A stretch of 61,953 nucleotides of DNA from the IMG/VR virus record IMGVR_UViG_3300045135_003620, positions 1 to 61,953 of that record. One strand, 5' to 3'. Numbering within the stretch: position 1 is the first letter of the stretch; each line of letters opens with the position of its first letter. Of this stretch, positions 1 through 8,981 are shown piece after piece. The translations under genes and the position numbers were made by a program. This DNA comes from a virus. Lineage: Duplodnaviria; Caudoviricetes. The notes beneath the pieces were generated by a model, which did no database searches, had not been told where the DNA came from, and worked only from the letters and a program-made list of their open reading frames with translations.

Positions 1-228
1 CTAATCAATGCGTTTTGATAGCAGCATTGGGTAGCTGAGGGGAATGGAGACAAATTGGTTGATTGGAAAATTATTTGTGGCTGGTGCGTAGGCGTGACGG
101 ATGATTAGCAGTAATTCTTGGTAATTTACCATGCTGTCCCGTCTCCTATAAAATTGCGGTCAGAACGAATTGACTCGAGATCCCAACAGCGGACGTGCTC
201 TATGAAGCAATTTCCGCAGTTTTACTGA

Positions 229-300
229 CTATAACGCCCGCATTTGTGGCTGATTTGGAGCACAACGGAAAAGTAGTTCAACAACATACATTTGCTATAA
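229..300 (-). other. Degenerate integron attC-like site (72 bp)
   Basis: Minus strand TTATAGC-AAA-TGTATGTTGT...ACAAATGCG-GGC-GTTATAG: imperfect palindrome with R''/L''/L'/R' boxes and an extra G in L''. It lies just downstream of the stop of 317..1645; R'' is mutated (TAGC instead of TAAC). Confidence 0.6.
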
Positions 301-316
301 TTATTCTCGTTAGCAT

Positions 317-1645
317 TTAATTCATTTCTGGAAGATTATTATCACATCTTTGTGCATTAGAGTGAGCCAGAACTTTCCCTGCGGAAGTAATGGTTAGCAT
401 AGTTGGGATGTTATCCCACCACTCTTTTAGAGCTTTTAAATTAGGTCTTTTTTCCCATTCCTCCATAAATAAATTGATATTTCTTTGTTTTAAACCATTA
501 TCTTGAGAGTAAAGGGAATAAATAGAATTAAGCGCACCTATTTGTTTTTCTGACAATCTAATGGGGGCAACAACTACAGAACCACCTTGTATAAACTGCT
601 GCTGCAGAGAAATGGAATCGATTTGAGCTTTATTGGGGATCGGTATCCTAAAATATTCAGAGTTTAAACTATGCTCAACCAATAGCTGCCTTGGCAAGTC
701 ATTATCATCAAGTATTTTTATCGCAGCCGTAAAATTCTCGGAGTCTTTTTGTATACCCACATCAATGTAGCCAGGCAATGCCTCGGAGTAATATTGCTGG
801 ACTTTCTTTAAGCTTCCAAAAGAGGTCAAGCGAATGGCATTAAGTATATCCAAGTGATCAAGCCATTCATGACCTACTGGTAGTTGGCTATAAATAACCT
901 TTTCAAACAGATCATTTAAAACATCTAAACCCTGATGAATGCCTCCACTAACAGGCAAAAAGCTGTTCACAGCATGAGCCACCGTTAAACCTAGTAAAGC
1001 ATCGTCAGAAATTTTATCCACAATATCTACCGCTAGGCTAATTCCGGCACGAGCTATACGGTTATTCCCTTTTTTAAACCTGTGCACAAGTAACTCTGAT
1101 AAAAGGTCATAATCTGCCGGCCTCTCTGTAGATGCTGCTGCTTTTTGAGCATTGACTAACAACAATTGAAAGCCTGGATCGGAAAACGCCTCTAAAGCAC
1201 CATCGACTTTCTCCATTTTAGGCATGAGACTATTCTCGAAATCAGTAATCCTGCTGTTAGCGATCGCTAATGCATCCTGAGTGTACTCTTGCCTAACCTG
1301 TAGATTCATTTCCTGAAACACCTCCCTCGCGCGTTTTTCGTCAATTCCGACATGCACTACCATGCTCTCAGCCTGCATCTGTTGAGAGCCCTCTCCTGCT
1401 TGTTGTATCCTTTTACTATCTGTGATGTTCTGATCACCACCAGCTTGGTAGTTATGGGAGTAATTTTCAGATTTCTGACTAAGATTCATCTTGGATTTTA
1501 TTTCGTCGCTACTAAATATTTGCGCGAGTAGTGCGCCAAACAAGCCAACCGATGTAACAGCAGGCTCCCAGTCAGGAGTTGTAACCCACCATATCACTGA
1601 TCCTATTAAAGCAACGAAACTTATTATCGCCAGTACTATTCTCAT
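317..1645 (-). CDS. LPO_1073/Vpar_1526-like family protein with two N-terminal TM helices
   Basis: 442-aa ORF with a hydrophobic N-terminus, short Q/G-rich repeats (NYQAGGDQ, QQAGEGSQQ) and AFSDPGFQLLLVNAQK...DLLSELLVHR, which I recognise from this family. AGGAG-like RBS not evident; AT-rich. Confidence 0.6.
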   Translation of the reverse strand: MRIVLAIISFVALIGSVIWWVTTPDWEPAVTSVGLFGALLAQIFSSDEIKSKMNLSQKSENYSHNYQAGGDQNITDSKRIQQAGEGSQQMQAESMVVHVGIDEKRAREVFQEMNLQVRQEYTQDALAIANSRITDFENSLMPKMEKVDGALEAFSDPGFQLLLVNAQKAAASTERPADYDLLSELLVHRFKKGNNRIARAGISLAVDIVDKISDDALLGLTVAHAVNSFLPVSGGIHQGLDVLNDLFEKVIYSQLPVGHEWLDHLDILNAIRLTSFGSLKKVQQYYSEALPGYIDVGIQKDSENFTAAIKILDDNDLPRQLLVEHSLNSEYFRIPIPNKAQIDSISLQQQFIQGGSVVVAPIRLSEKQIGALNSIYSLYSQDNGLKQRNINLFMEEWEKRPNLKALKEWWDNIPTMLTITSAGKVLAHSNAQRCDNNLPEMN

Positions 1646-1782
1646 ATTTATCTGCTATTTAAGGAGCGCCGCGTTTATTTGTATAACAGTTTGTTAACGA
1701 CTATCGGACGACCAGTTAATGCATCAAAGACCCCTCCGCAATGTTGACTACGGATCGAAACTAATTTGCAGCTACACCGTAA

Positions 1783-2214
1783 TTACGTTGATCGATTTAA
1801 AAACGGCTGATCTTCCCACAACATAGCCGAATCCACTGCCAACTCAAACAGAGTAACATCATTGAGCAGATTGTCATCCAGAATCGCCTCGATGACCCAA
1901 GGCGCCAGCGTCGTCAGATTGATCATACGGCTCACGTAGCTGGGATCAATGCCCTCAATTTCACCGATTTCCTTGATGCTTCCCACTTCGCGCGACTCAA
2001 ACATTCGCATCCAGCGATACCCGCGCGCCAGTGCTGTTTGTAGCACAGTCGGCTCCTTATCCCATGGCGTACCGATGGTTTCACCCGAGGGAGATCGTAT
2101 TAACTTACGACCATTTCGCCTGCCAATTTGCATGGGTATGCGGAAGCTCAGTTTGCCATCACTGCTTTGATGAACCTCACGCTCACCGGTGATTTTCAGT
2201 TCGATGCGCTTCAT
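1783..2214 (-). CDS. Recombinase-associated HTH-containing protein
   Basis: Overlaps the recombinase stop by 4 bp; GSIKEIGEIEGIDPSYVSRMINLTTLAP is an HTH-like motif typical of the gene following DUF2924/serine recombinases. Confidence 0.7.
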   Translation of the reverse strand: MKRIELKITGEREVHQSSDGKLSFRIPMQIGRRNGRKLIRSPSGETIGTPWDKEPTVLQTALARGYRWMRMFESREVGSIKEIGEIEGIDPSYVSRMINLTTLAPWVIEAILDDNLLNDVTLFELAVDSAMLWEDQPFLNRST

Positions 2215-3566
2215 GCTGCATCCTCCTTGTGGCGATCCGTGACAGAGATCAATTCACGGGTGACCGTTTCAAGTCCGTTTAGACGCATCCTCACTTCGAT
2301 TTCGTCATGAGACACAATCACCTTTTCAACGAGGAGCCTGACGATACGATCTTGCTCTGCTGGGAACAGCTCATCCCAAATGGATTCAAGCTGTGTCATG
2401 GCTACCGTCACCTTGGCTTCATCAAGCTGATCATCAAGCTTTATGGCTGACGGGATCATTTGTTCCAACAGCGGCGGGGATCGCATGATTTCACGCAACT
2501 GGGTCAACACAGCTGCCTCAAGTTGCACCGCAGGGAATCTTGCTATTCCGGAGGCCCCGGCAAACTCTTTGGCATCTTGCTGAGGGATGTAATAGCGGTA
2601 GCGCTTGCCGTTCTTTTTCTTGGCTGTACTCCATGGCGACAATGCGCGGCCATCATTACTGAACACAATACCCTTCAACAAAAACGGCACAGTCGATCGC
2701 GTCCGATTCCCTCTAACCCGGCCATTCGTGGCTAAAATGGCGTGTACTGCATCCCACTGATCTTGCTCAATCAATGGTAGATGCTCTCCGTCGTACCATT
2801 TTTCTTTGTGATGAATTTTGCCAAGGTAGACTTGGTTATGGAGGTACTTGTAAATCATACCTTTGTCGATGGGCTTGCCGGGGCGATGACGACCGTCCTG
2901 TGTTGTCCAGGACTTGCTGGTGACATTTTCGAGGCGGAGTTCTTTGACTAATAGCGTTGCCGATCCTAATTCAACAAAGCGGGTAAATATCTGTTGCACC
3001 AACTTGGCTTCAGCTTTGTTGGGAACGAGCCGCCGGTTTTGAACGTCATAGCCCAGAGGTGGAATCCCGCCCATCCATAGGCCTTTGCGTTTACTGGCGG
3101 CAATCTTGTCACGAATACGTTCACCGGTGACCTCTCGCTCGAACTGGGCAAAGGACAATAGGATATTGAGGGTTAGCCTGCCCATTGATGACGTTGTATT
3201 AAACTGCTGTGTCACCGACACAAACGAGACTTTATGCTCATCAAAGATCGCGACCATTTGCGAGAAGTCGGCAAGGCTGCGTGTTAGTCGGTCAATTTTG
3301 TAAACCACAACAATATCAATTCTTCCATCTTGGATATCTCTAAGCAGGCGCTGTAAGCCTGGTCGATCCATTGACCCGCCAGAGTAGGCAGGATCATCGT
3401 AGTCATCTGCGACAGGCACCCATCCTTCATGTCGCTGACTGGAGATATAGGCTTTACCAGCGTCAATTTGAGCATGGATGGAATTGTACTCTTGGTCTAG
3501 GCCTTCCTCGGTGGATTTGCGCGTATAGACTGCACAGCGTTTCTTCTGGACCACTTGCTCGTTCAT
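2211..3566 (-). CDS. Large serine recombinase (integrase)
   Basis: CAVYTRKS catalytic Ser motif, RPGLQRLL, VVVYKIDRLTRS, FAQFEREVTGERIRD, followed by recombinase and zinc-ribbon-like domains. Confidence 0.95.
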   Translation of the reverse strand: MNEQVVQKKRCAVYTRKSTEEGLDQEYNSIHAQIDAGKAYISSQRHEGWVPVADDYDDPAYSGGSMDRPGLQRLLRDIQDGRIDIVVVYKIDRLTRSLADFSQMVAIFDEHKVSFVSVTQQFNTTSSMGRLTLNILLSFAQFEREVTGERIRDKIAASKRKGLWMGGIPPLGYDVQNRRLVPNKAEAKLVQQIFTRFVELGSATLLVKELRLENVTSKSWTTQDGRHRPGKPIDKGMIYKYLHNQVYLGKIHHKEKWYDGEHLPLIEQDQWDAVHAILATNGRVRGNRTRSTVPFLLKGIVFSNDGRALSPWSTAKKKNGKRYRYYIPQQDAKEFAGASGIARFPAVQLEAAVLTQLREIMRSPPLLEQMIPSAIKLDDQLDEAKVTVAMTQLESIWDELFPAEQDRIVRLLVEKVIVSHDEIEVRMRLNGLETVTRELISVTDRHKEDAA

Positions 3567-4066
3567 TGTTGACCTCCTGTCTTTTTAGTTTTCTTGGGCT
3601 TCGCCGTTTGTTTGAGACCGAAAAACAATGGCCCCGACCAGCGGGTGCCAGTAATAAGCCGTGCGATTTCCGACAAGCTTTTATAGCGGCAATCTCGGTA
3701 TTCAAAGTCGCCATCCAACATGACTTTGACCTGATGGGTTTCCTCTCGGTATTCCCTAATCAGCAATGTGCCTGGCTCCAATGGTTGGGAATCAGATTTA
3801 TCTGCCTTAGGCGCGGTTACCACTAGTAGCTTTTCGATGCGATGCTCATTGCTTTTCAGCAGTTTCGGATTAGTTTTGCGAAATTCATTTTCCTGCAATT
3901 GGTAGCCAAGCCGGCGGACTAAGTAGGGCCGCTTGTTAGTCGGCGGCTCTGATGCAAATAATTCGCGCCATAGATCTTTCAGTTCACCTATTGGCATTAT
4001 CTTTAACTCATAGACTCTGGCGCTGACCGTGTCAGGCAACTTTTCTTGAGGTTTTTTGAGGTTCAT
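3563..4066 (-). CDS. DUF2924 domain protein
   Basis: PGTLLIREY...YKSLSEIARLITGTRWSGPLFFGL signature; directly upstream of the serine recombinase. Confidence 0.88.
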   Translation of the reverse strand: MNLKKPQEKLPDTVSARVYELKIMPIGELKDLWRELFASEPPTNKRPYLVRRLGYQLQENEFRKTNPKLLKSNEHRIEKLLVVTAPKADKSDSQPLEPGTLLIREYREETHQVKVMLDGDFEYRDCRYKSLSEIARLITGTRWSGPLFFGLKQTAKPKKTKKTGGQQ

Positions 4067-4075
4067 ATCGACTCC

Positions 4076-4279
4076 TTACGGTTGTATAACGTCGTTGGTA
4101 TGAACGCTCTTCTCTAGGCAGAAGCCAAGTTGAACTTCCCTATATCTCGGGTCATTTTTGGGTATTTCTGTATGCTTGGCACGCAGGCGAACAAGGCCGT
4201 TGACCAATACGCCTGCCACTTCGGCGATGCGCTCGGCAGGCTTCATGTTCTCGGGAGGAATGTGTTTGATTTTATGCAT
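4076..4279 (-). CDS. Small hypothetical protein
   Basis: 67 aa, ERIAEVAGVLVNGLVRLR helix, in the position commonly seen upstream of DUF2924; AGGAG about 10 nt upstream. Confidence 0.55.
   Translation of the reverse strand: MHKIKHIPPENMKPAERIAEVAGVLVNGLVRLRAKHTEIPKNDPRYREVQLGFCLEKSVHTNDVIQP
4100..4130 (-). promoter_or_regulatory. Bipartite motif copy 1 (ACTTGG-N16-AGCGTTCAT) upstream of the DUF2924-recombinase operon
   Basis: Same boxes and identical 16-nt spacing recur at 21660..21690. Confidence 0.5.
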
Positions 4280-4424
4280 TGGTAGGGGCTCCTAAAAAAC
4301 TAACAATCGTTGATTGCTAATTTTCCAGAGCCCAAGGGACTTTGACCATGGCGGCACTTTCGCCAAATAAGTAACGCTGGCGGTTACTGCGTAAGAGCCG
4401 CTAATTATTTATCGGGACACGGCT

Positions 4425-5324
4425 CTAATAAGGATTCTGACCATTCCTGATAAAGTGGTCGTAGCTATCCTCTACTAACTCATCTTCAATACTGGCGTCA
4501 TAGCCTGAGTCGACATTAGGCAGTAGTAACAAGGTCAGTATGTAATCGTACTGCTCTGCTGCCACCATCATTTCGGTAAGAATGACATCTGGACGTTCTT
4601 TGGCAAACCAATGGCAAGCCGGAACGGTTTGGCTATCGCCATACGCCGGTATTTCTTCCCGCACAGCAAGCGCCGAAGATGGCAATTCAAAGGTGGATTT
4701 TCTGGTGGCAAAAACGGCACCGGATTTATAAGCCGCATCATTGGATGACGCCCATAACATCATGCCTTCTCGGCTAGCAACTAAAACAGCGCGCTTGGGT
4801 GCAATTTCAATCCAGCGAAGCGCCGCAGCGGTAAGCGATACCCCGTAACGCTCTGCTAGGTGACTGAACAATTCAAAGCTGGGGGGTTCAGCAATGACTT
4901 GGTCTCTGAAATCATCCAAAGGCATCAACAATGTCGCGGCAAACACATCGGCCTCTTTCTCAATGGCAGGATCAACACCACCTGACCCGTTCGCTCCGCC
5001 GCACTCAAACAAGGCTTGTTGTTCACGGTGAAGAATGTAATGACCGAACTCGTGGGCAAGAGTGAAACGTCGCCTTCCTTCGTTAACAGAAGTACTATAG
5101 ACGATCATCCAGCGCGTATTGTCTTTGGATGCTTTGAGCATCCCTTCAAAATCATCAAAGTCTTCACCGACAACCACAGCGATGGGATCAGCACACGTTT
5201 GCTTGGAATACTCTAATGCAACACTTTCCACATCCACAGGAAACCGGTCAGGCCCCAACACCTGATTGAGCATTTTTGAAATCTGATTGGCTGCCTGAGC
5301 CGGACGCTTTGACTTCGCCATCAA
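4425..5324 (-). CDS. ImmA/IrrE family Zn metallo-endopeptidase (DUF955)
   Basis: RRRFTLAHEFGHYILH (HExxH) and EKEADVFAATLLMP motifs; translationally coupled to the XRE gene. Confidence 0.92.
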   Translation of the reverse strand: MMAKSKRPAQAANQISKMLNQVLGPDRFPVDVESVALEYSKQTCADPIAVVVGEDFDDFEGMLKASKDNTRWMIVYSTSVNEGRRRFTLAHEFGHYILHREQQALFECGGANGSGGVDPAIEKEADVFAATLLMPLDDFRDQVIAEPPSFELFSHLAERYGVSLTAAALRWIEIAPKRAVLVASREGMMLWASSNDAAYKSGAVFATRKSTFELPSSALAVREEIPAYGDSQTVPACHWFAKERPDVILTEMMVAAEQYDYILTLLLLPNVDSGYDASIEDELVEDSYDHFIRNGQNPY

Positions 5325-5635
5325 TCAAATGCGTCGATGATTTTCTGCAATTTGACCTTATCTCCGTCAGAAAGTGACTTATATTTACGGAAAAAGGCGA
5401 GATCTTTTACTTCCTGATCCGGTGTCGTTTCAACGGGATTCATCAAATATTCCGTGGTCACTTCCAGTGCTTTCGCCAATCGTGCGATCTTATCTGCAGA
5501 GGGGTTAGGATCTTCCTTGGTTTCCAACTCCCAGAGATAGGCCTTGCTCGATTCGGTCAAAACAGCCAACTTGTCCAAACTCAATTTTTTAGACTTTCTC
5601 AGCTCTTTAATTTTTTTACCCAAGGGCGACGACAC
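5321..5635 (-). CDS. XRE-family HTH repressor
   Basis: LGKKIKELRKSKKLSLDKLA...SKAYLWELE...NPSADKIARLAKALEVTTEYLM. Likely GTG start at 5635 with AGGAG RBS at 5643-5647. Confidence 0.92.
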   Translation of the reverse strand: MSSPLGKKIKELRKSKKLSLDKLAVLTESSKAYLWELETKEDPNPSADKIARLAKALEVTTEYLMNPVETTPDQEVKDLAFFRKYKSLSDGDKVKLQKIIDAFD

Positions 5636-5708
5636 TATTTTTCTCCTATTTCCTAGACTTACCAAGTTATCCACAATATATCACCACACAAAACACAAAT
5701 ATACCGTA

Positions 5709-5736
5709 TTGACAAACATTTCTGCCTCTCTAAAAT
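5709..5736 (+). promoter_or_regulatory. Sigma70 promoter for the 5840/7032 operon
   Basis: TTGACA-16 nt-TAAAAT, followed by an imperfect TTCG-N10-CGAA inverted repeat (about 5742-5759) that may be an operator. Confidence 0.65.
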
Positions 5737-5839
5737 CAACATTCGTTTGGTGCATCGAACACAATATTTGGGATCGCTTCATGGTGAATTGAAGTGATTG
5801 GCTTACTTGTACCCCACATATTTGGAGAGGGACTTCGTC

Positions 5840-7057
5840 ATGCTAGATGCAGAAAACCTATGTAAACTCATCAGAAAAATACCGCCCGACACGTGCCGGG
5901 CATTCTTAAACAACCACTGTGTAGTAGCGATACCCGAGCTCGATACCAAACAGAATCTAACGCAACAACGCGCCGCGATCAGTTCAGTGCTGACGGCCTT
6001 GAGCATTGCCGAGCGACAACAGATAGAACAAATCGCTGAGAGCATCATTTTGCTATCGGATGCGCTAGGGCGTGACGCACTCGCTAATGTTTGCACAAAA
6101 AATATTAGTGTCGCCAACAAGGCTGTCCTCGATGCTATAAGCAACCAATGCCTCCGTGCCCTGTGGTTCTTCCAGAATGAACACGCCTTGTTCCTTGAAG
6201 CACTCAATGTCCGTCAGGCGGATTCATTCCGGCAGAGTCGAGCATGCTACTCAGGCTTTGTGGCGCCACCGAATCTAGAAATCCACAAGGATGAAGAAGC
6301 ACTAGATGCATTTCACTCGTCGATCGCAGAAAGGCTAGATTGCGCCAAACAAGATGTCGCCATTCAGTTATTTTGCCGACTGCGCGCTGATGCCAAATCT
6401 CACGATGACACGTTGCTTTACCAAGTGAGTATTCATCACAACCTGTCACCCGAGACCATTGAATGCGTCCAAGACAGCGAAGTTGTTGCTAATGACATCA
6501 TCCGCGCGATATCCACGCACATCACCTATGAACCCAATACTGGCCATCTTGAGGTGCTATCAAAAAAACATGAGGACAGAGCACCGATTGCCAGTCTTTT
6601 TGCCGACACGATTTTAGCGGCCCCGTTCGAAGGTCAGTCCATTCCGATAAAACAGTATGATTACCAGAGTTTGGCATCACCCAAGATCTTTAACGTTGCA
6701 GGAGAACCCATTCAATCCGTCAAAGTCACCGAACTAGGTTACGACGGTCGCAAAGGTGGCGCCTCCCTGACAAAAATGAAGCTAAATACCCCAGGAACCA
6801 TCTACCAGCGTGCTCGAGAACTGTATGACGACGATTTCGCGTTTTCAGATCACACGCTCACCTACGCCAAGATCTCAATCAAATTGAAAAAACAAGGTTC
6901 AGAGCGCGCTAGGACCGTGTCGATCATTTTCAGTGGCGAGAACCAATGCAACATCAAAAGTAAGCGAGAGAAAGACCGTGCATTGTGTGATCGCCTATTG
7001 ACCAAATGGGAATTCATCAAGGAGGTCGGTCATGCTGACCAATTTGTTACTGCGTGA
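5840..7057 (+). CDS. Hypothetical protein (no recognisable domain)
   Basis: Long ORF; ATG at 5840 with GGAGAGG RBS; divergent from the XRE/ImmA pair. Confidence 0.8.
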   Translation: MLDAENLCKLIRKIPPDTCRAFLNNHCVVAIPELDTKQNLTQQRAAISSVLTALSIAERQQIEQIAESIILLSDALGRDALANVCTKNISVANKAVLDAISNQCLRALWFFQNEHALFLEALNVRQADSFRQSRACYSGFVAPPNLEIHKDEEALDAFHSSIAERLDCAKQDVAIQLFCRLRADAKSHDDTLLYQVSIHHNLSPETIECVQDSEVVANDIIRAISTHITYEPNTGHLEVLSKKHEDRAPIASLFADTILAAPFEGQSIPIKQYDYQSLASPKIFNVAGEPIQSVKVTELGYDGRKGGASLTKMKLNTPGTIYQRARELYDDDFAFSDHTLTYAKISIKLKKQGSERARTVSIIFSGENQCNIKSKREKDRALCDRLLTKWEFIKEVGHADQFVTA

Positions 7058-8018
7058 TCTTATTCGTCTGTTCGATTACTCGAACGCCGAAATCTCTTCG
7101 GGGGATGGCGAACACACGCAAGGCATACCTGCGTGGACGCTCAAGCGATTTGGACTAACACCCGAGCAACGTGAATATTGGTTCACTCGAGTGGGTTACG
7201 CTGATCACTGTTTTACCTGGTTTTACGATGAGGAAGTCGACGTTGAGGTAGAAGTCGATGATGACACCGGCGGCTATTTTTATCGGAGCCCCGAGAACTA
7301 TAAAATTCATACCATTAGCGAAGATGACATTGCCATTTACGCACCCAACACTGATCTAATCCTGCACACCATCGCCGATTTATTGGACATACCCATGGCG
7401 TTCCGCAGCGGCATCAACAAACCTGCCGTTGAGGACGTGCTTTGGAATTTGGGCAAAATGCGTATTGGTCGTGTTGATATTGATGTGTGGATTGCCAAGG
7501 AGTTTTCGTCCAGCAAACGAGAGGTTTATCACTATTTGGAAAGACCGGAATTACCCGAGCTTGGCATTTTACTGACCTGCGGCGGCCCCGTTTCTGAATT
7601 CACAAGGCGACCAAAGCGTTTTCAGATAGTCAGTCTGCTCGAAATTTTGCCGCCATCATCTGGTGCTGTGACATTTGACAAGCAATCGATCGAAAACATG
7701 GTCTCGCATACTGAATCGTCTGCGCTTACCCATTTATTTCCGGTCAATTTTAATGAATACACAAATGCTTTAACAATTGCCTCAAAAACAGAACCTTGGA
7801 TAATTGGCGGGCCTCGCCAAGCTGCTGCTATCAAATATATGGTTGAACAAGCCCATAAAGGTCGCTGGGAATTGCCAGCATCTGAGATATTGGGAGCAGC
7901 CTATGGAGATCAAAGTATGGGGCGAATTAGGCGAATGCAAGATTTGTTCAAGAGCAATACTTGCTGGAGAAGTTATATAAACAATCCTCGAAAAGGGATC
8001 TGGGGCTTCCTAACCTAA
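7032..8018 (+). CDS. Hypothetical protein with possible C-terminal winged-helix DNA-binding domain
   Basis: Overlaps the upstream gene and has an AGGAGG RBS. C-terminus QAAAIKYMVEQ...LPASEILGAA...RMQDLFK...KGIWGF looks wHTH-like (inference). Confidence 0.7.
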   Translation: MLTNLLLRDLIRLFDYSNAEISSGDGEHTQGIPAWTLKRFGLTPEQREYWFTRVGYADHCFTWFYDEEVDVEVEVDDDTGGYFYRSPENYKIHTISEDDIAIYAPNTDLILHTIADLLDIPMAFRSGINKPAVEDVLWNLGKMRIGRVDIDVWIAKEFSSSKREVYHYLERPELPELGILLTCGGPVSEFTRRPKRFQIVSLLEILPPSSGAVTFDKQSIENMVSHTESSALTHLFPVNFNEYTNALTIASKTEPWIIGGPRQAAAIKYMVEQAHKGRWELPASEILGAAYGDQSMGRIRRMQDLFKSNTCWRSYINNPRKGIWGFLT

Positions 8019-8041
8019 TTTATTGGTACGTTTATAGTGAC

Positions 8042-8731
8042 TCACCAGTAGTCCGGCTTTACAGCAGGTTTTTTCTTCGTTGGCAAACGATCGGGGAACT
8101 GGTTGGCTCGCAGTTCTTCAATCGTTATTCTCTTCCTCAGCCAATCTGAATGATTATCTAATGATCCTGGCACCCCTCGTTCAATGCCTTCACGGTGGGG
8201 TAGGATTACACCCAATCGAATGTCGGCGAAATCTTCCCTTAATGCAGCTAACGCTGGCCCCATATCGGTATCGCCCGACACAAGTATAATTTGCTGAATT
8301 CGATCACTCGCGGGCAACATTGATTGTTTGTAGACGGCTCGATACATGCTTAGGGCGATATTTACGTCTGTCTCCTTTTCCTCCAGCTTCCATATATCAA
8401 CTTGATCTTGACGAGATGGAGGTGTGGAGATATCGACAAAACGCGGCGCCTTGGCAGGGTCCAGACGATGCCGGCCCAATATTATTTCTACTCCACTGGC
8501 TTTAAGCGCTCGAATATATGCATCTTGGGCTTCCTTTGATTTGATGCCTTTGGACGCCAACTTAGGAGATACGGGAGCGGTGAAATATTGAAAAGAAACC
8601 GGCTCACAGGCGGGATTTTCAACTCTCGCAATGTGTGTGAGCAATGATGGAATATTCAGCCATTTATATTCTGTATTTGCTAGCAAACCATAGTAAAGAT
8701 TGTAGCCGTCAATAAAAAATGCTGTCCGCAT
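8042..8731 (-). CDS. NYN-domain (LabA/DUF88, PIN-fold) ribonuclease
   Basis: FFIDGYNLYYG, EEKETDVNIA and LVSGDTDMGP carry the complete acidic PIN/NYN active-site set. Confidence 0.9.
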   Translation of the reverse strand: MRTAFFIDGYNLYYGLLANTEYKWLNIPSLLTHIARVENPACEPVSFQYFTAPVSPKLASKGIKSKEAQDAYIRALKASGVEIILGRHRLDPAKAPRFVDISTPPSRQDQVDIWKLEEKETDVNIALSMYRAVYKQSMLPASDRIQQIILVSGDTDMGPALAALREDFADIRLGVILPHREGIERGVPGSLDNHSDWLRKRITIEELRANQFPDRLPTKKKPAVKPDYW

Positions 8732-8754
8732 TGATTCTTATTCCCCCTGATACG

Positions 8755-8779
8755 AAAAAACCGGCACTAGGCCGGTTTT
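8755..8779 (-). terminator. Rho-independent terminator in the NYN leader
   Basis: Minus strand AAAACCGGC-CTAGT-GCCGGTTTTTT, 24 nt upstream of the NYN start codon. Confidence 0.8.
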
Positions 8780-8830
8780 CTCACCCTAACAGCCAGCGAA
8801 CTGAATTACTGCGTACAGGGTTAAGTTGTG
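8755..8830 (-). ncRNA. Candidate ~75-nt structured small RNA or leader upstream of the NYN RNase
   Basis: Between a consensus promoter and a terminator. ACCCUG/UAGGGU, GCAGU/GCUGU and CAG-UUCG-CUG form a nested stem-loop (8783-8821). Confidence 0.5.
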
Positions 8831-8835
8831 TATGA

Positions 8836-8864
8836 ATAATAGGTAAATTTTAGTCCTTCGTCAA
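8836..8864 (-). promoter_or_regulatory. Sigma70 promoter for leader RNA and NYN
   Basis: Minus strand TTGACG-17 nt-TATTAT. Confidence 0.75.
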
Positions 8865-8885
8865 TACCGGCCCTAATTTCTCATT

Positions 8886-8929
8886 CCCCCCATCAGCCCC
8901 CCCCATCATGTGGGCTGACGCCCCCCCAT
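8886..8929 (+). repeat. Three C(5-9)AT direct repeats upstream of the early operon
   Basis: CCCCCAT at 8886, C9AT at 8896 and C7AT at 8921, with an embedded TCAGCCC/GGGCTGA inverted repeat. Confidence 0.55.
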
Positions 8930-8981
8930 ACACCAAACCAAACTGACGTCACGTTTTCGCAATAACCGATAGGAGAACCCC

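Noticed and set aside
1690-1782. attL/attR direct repeat matching 50720-50850
   Set aside because: No convincing shared core by eye. Serine integrases use very short cores, and the boundaries may lie elsewhere.
4370-4388. AGTAAC-N7-GTTACT inverted repeat
   Set aside because: Single short dyad with no second copy found; could be an operator but is unsupported.
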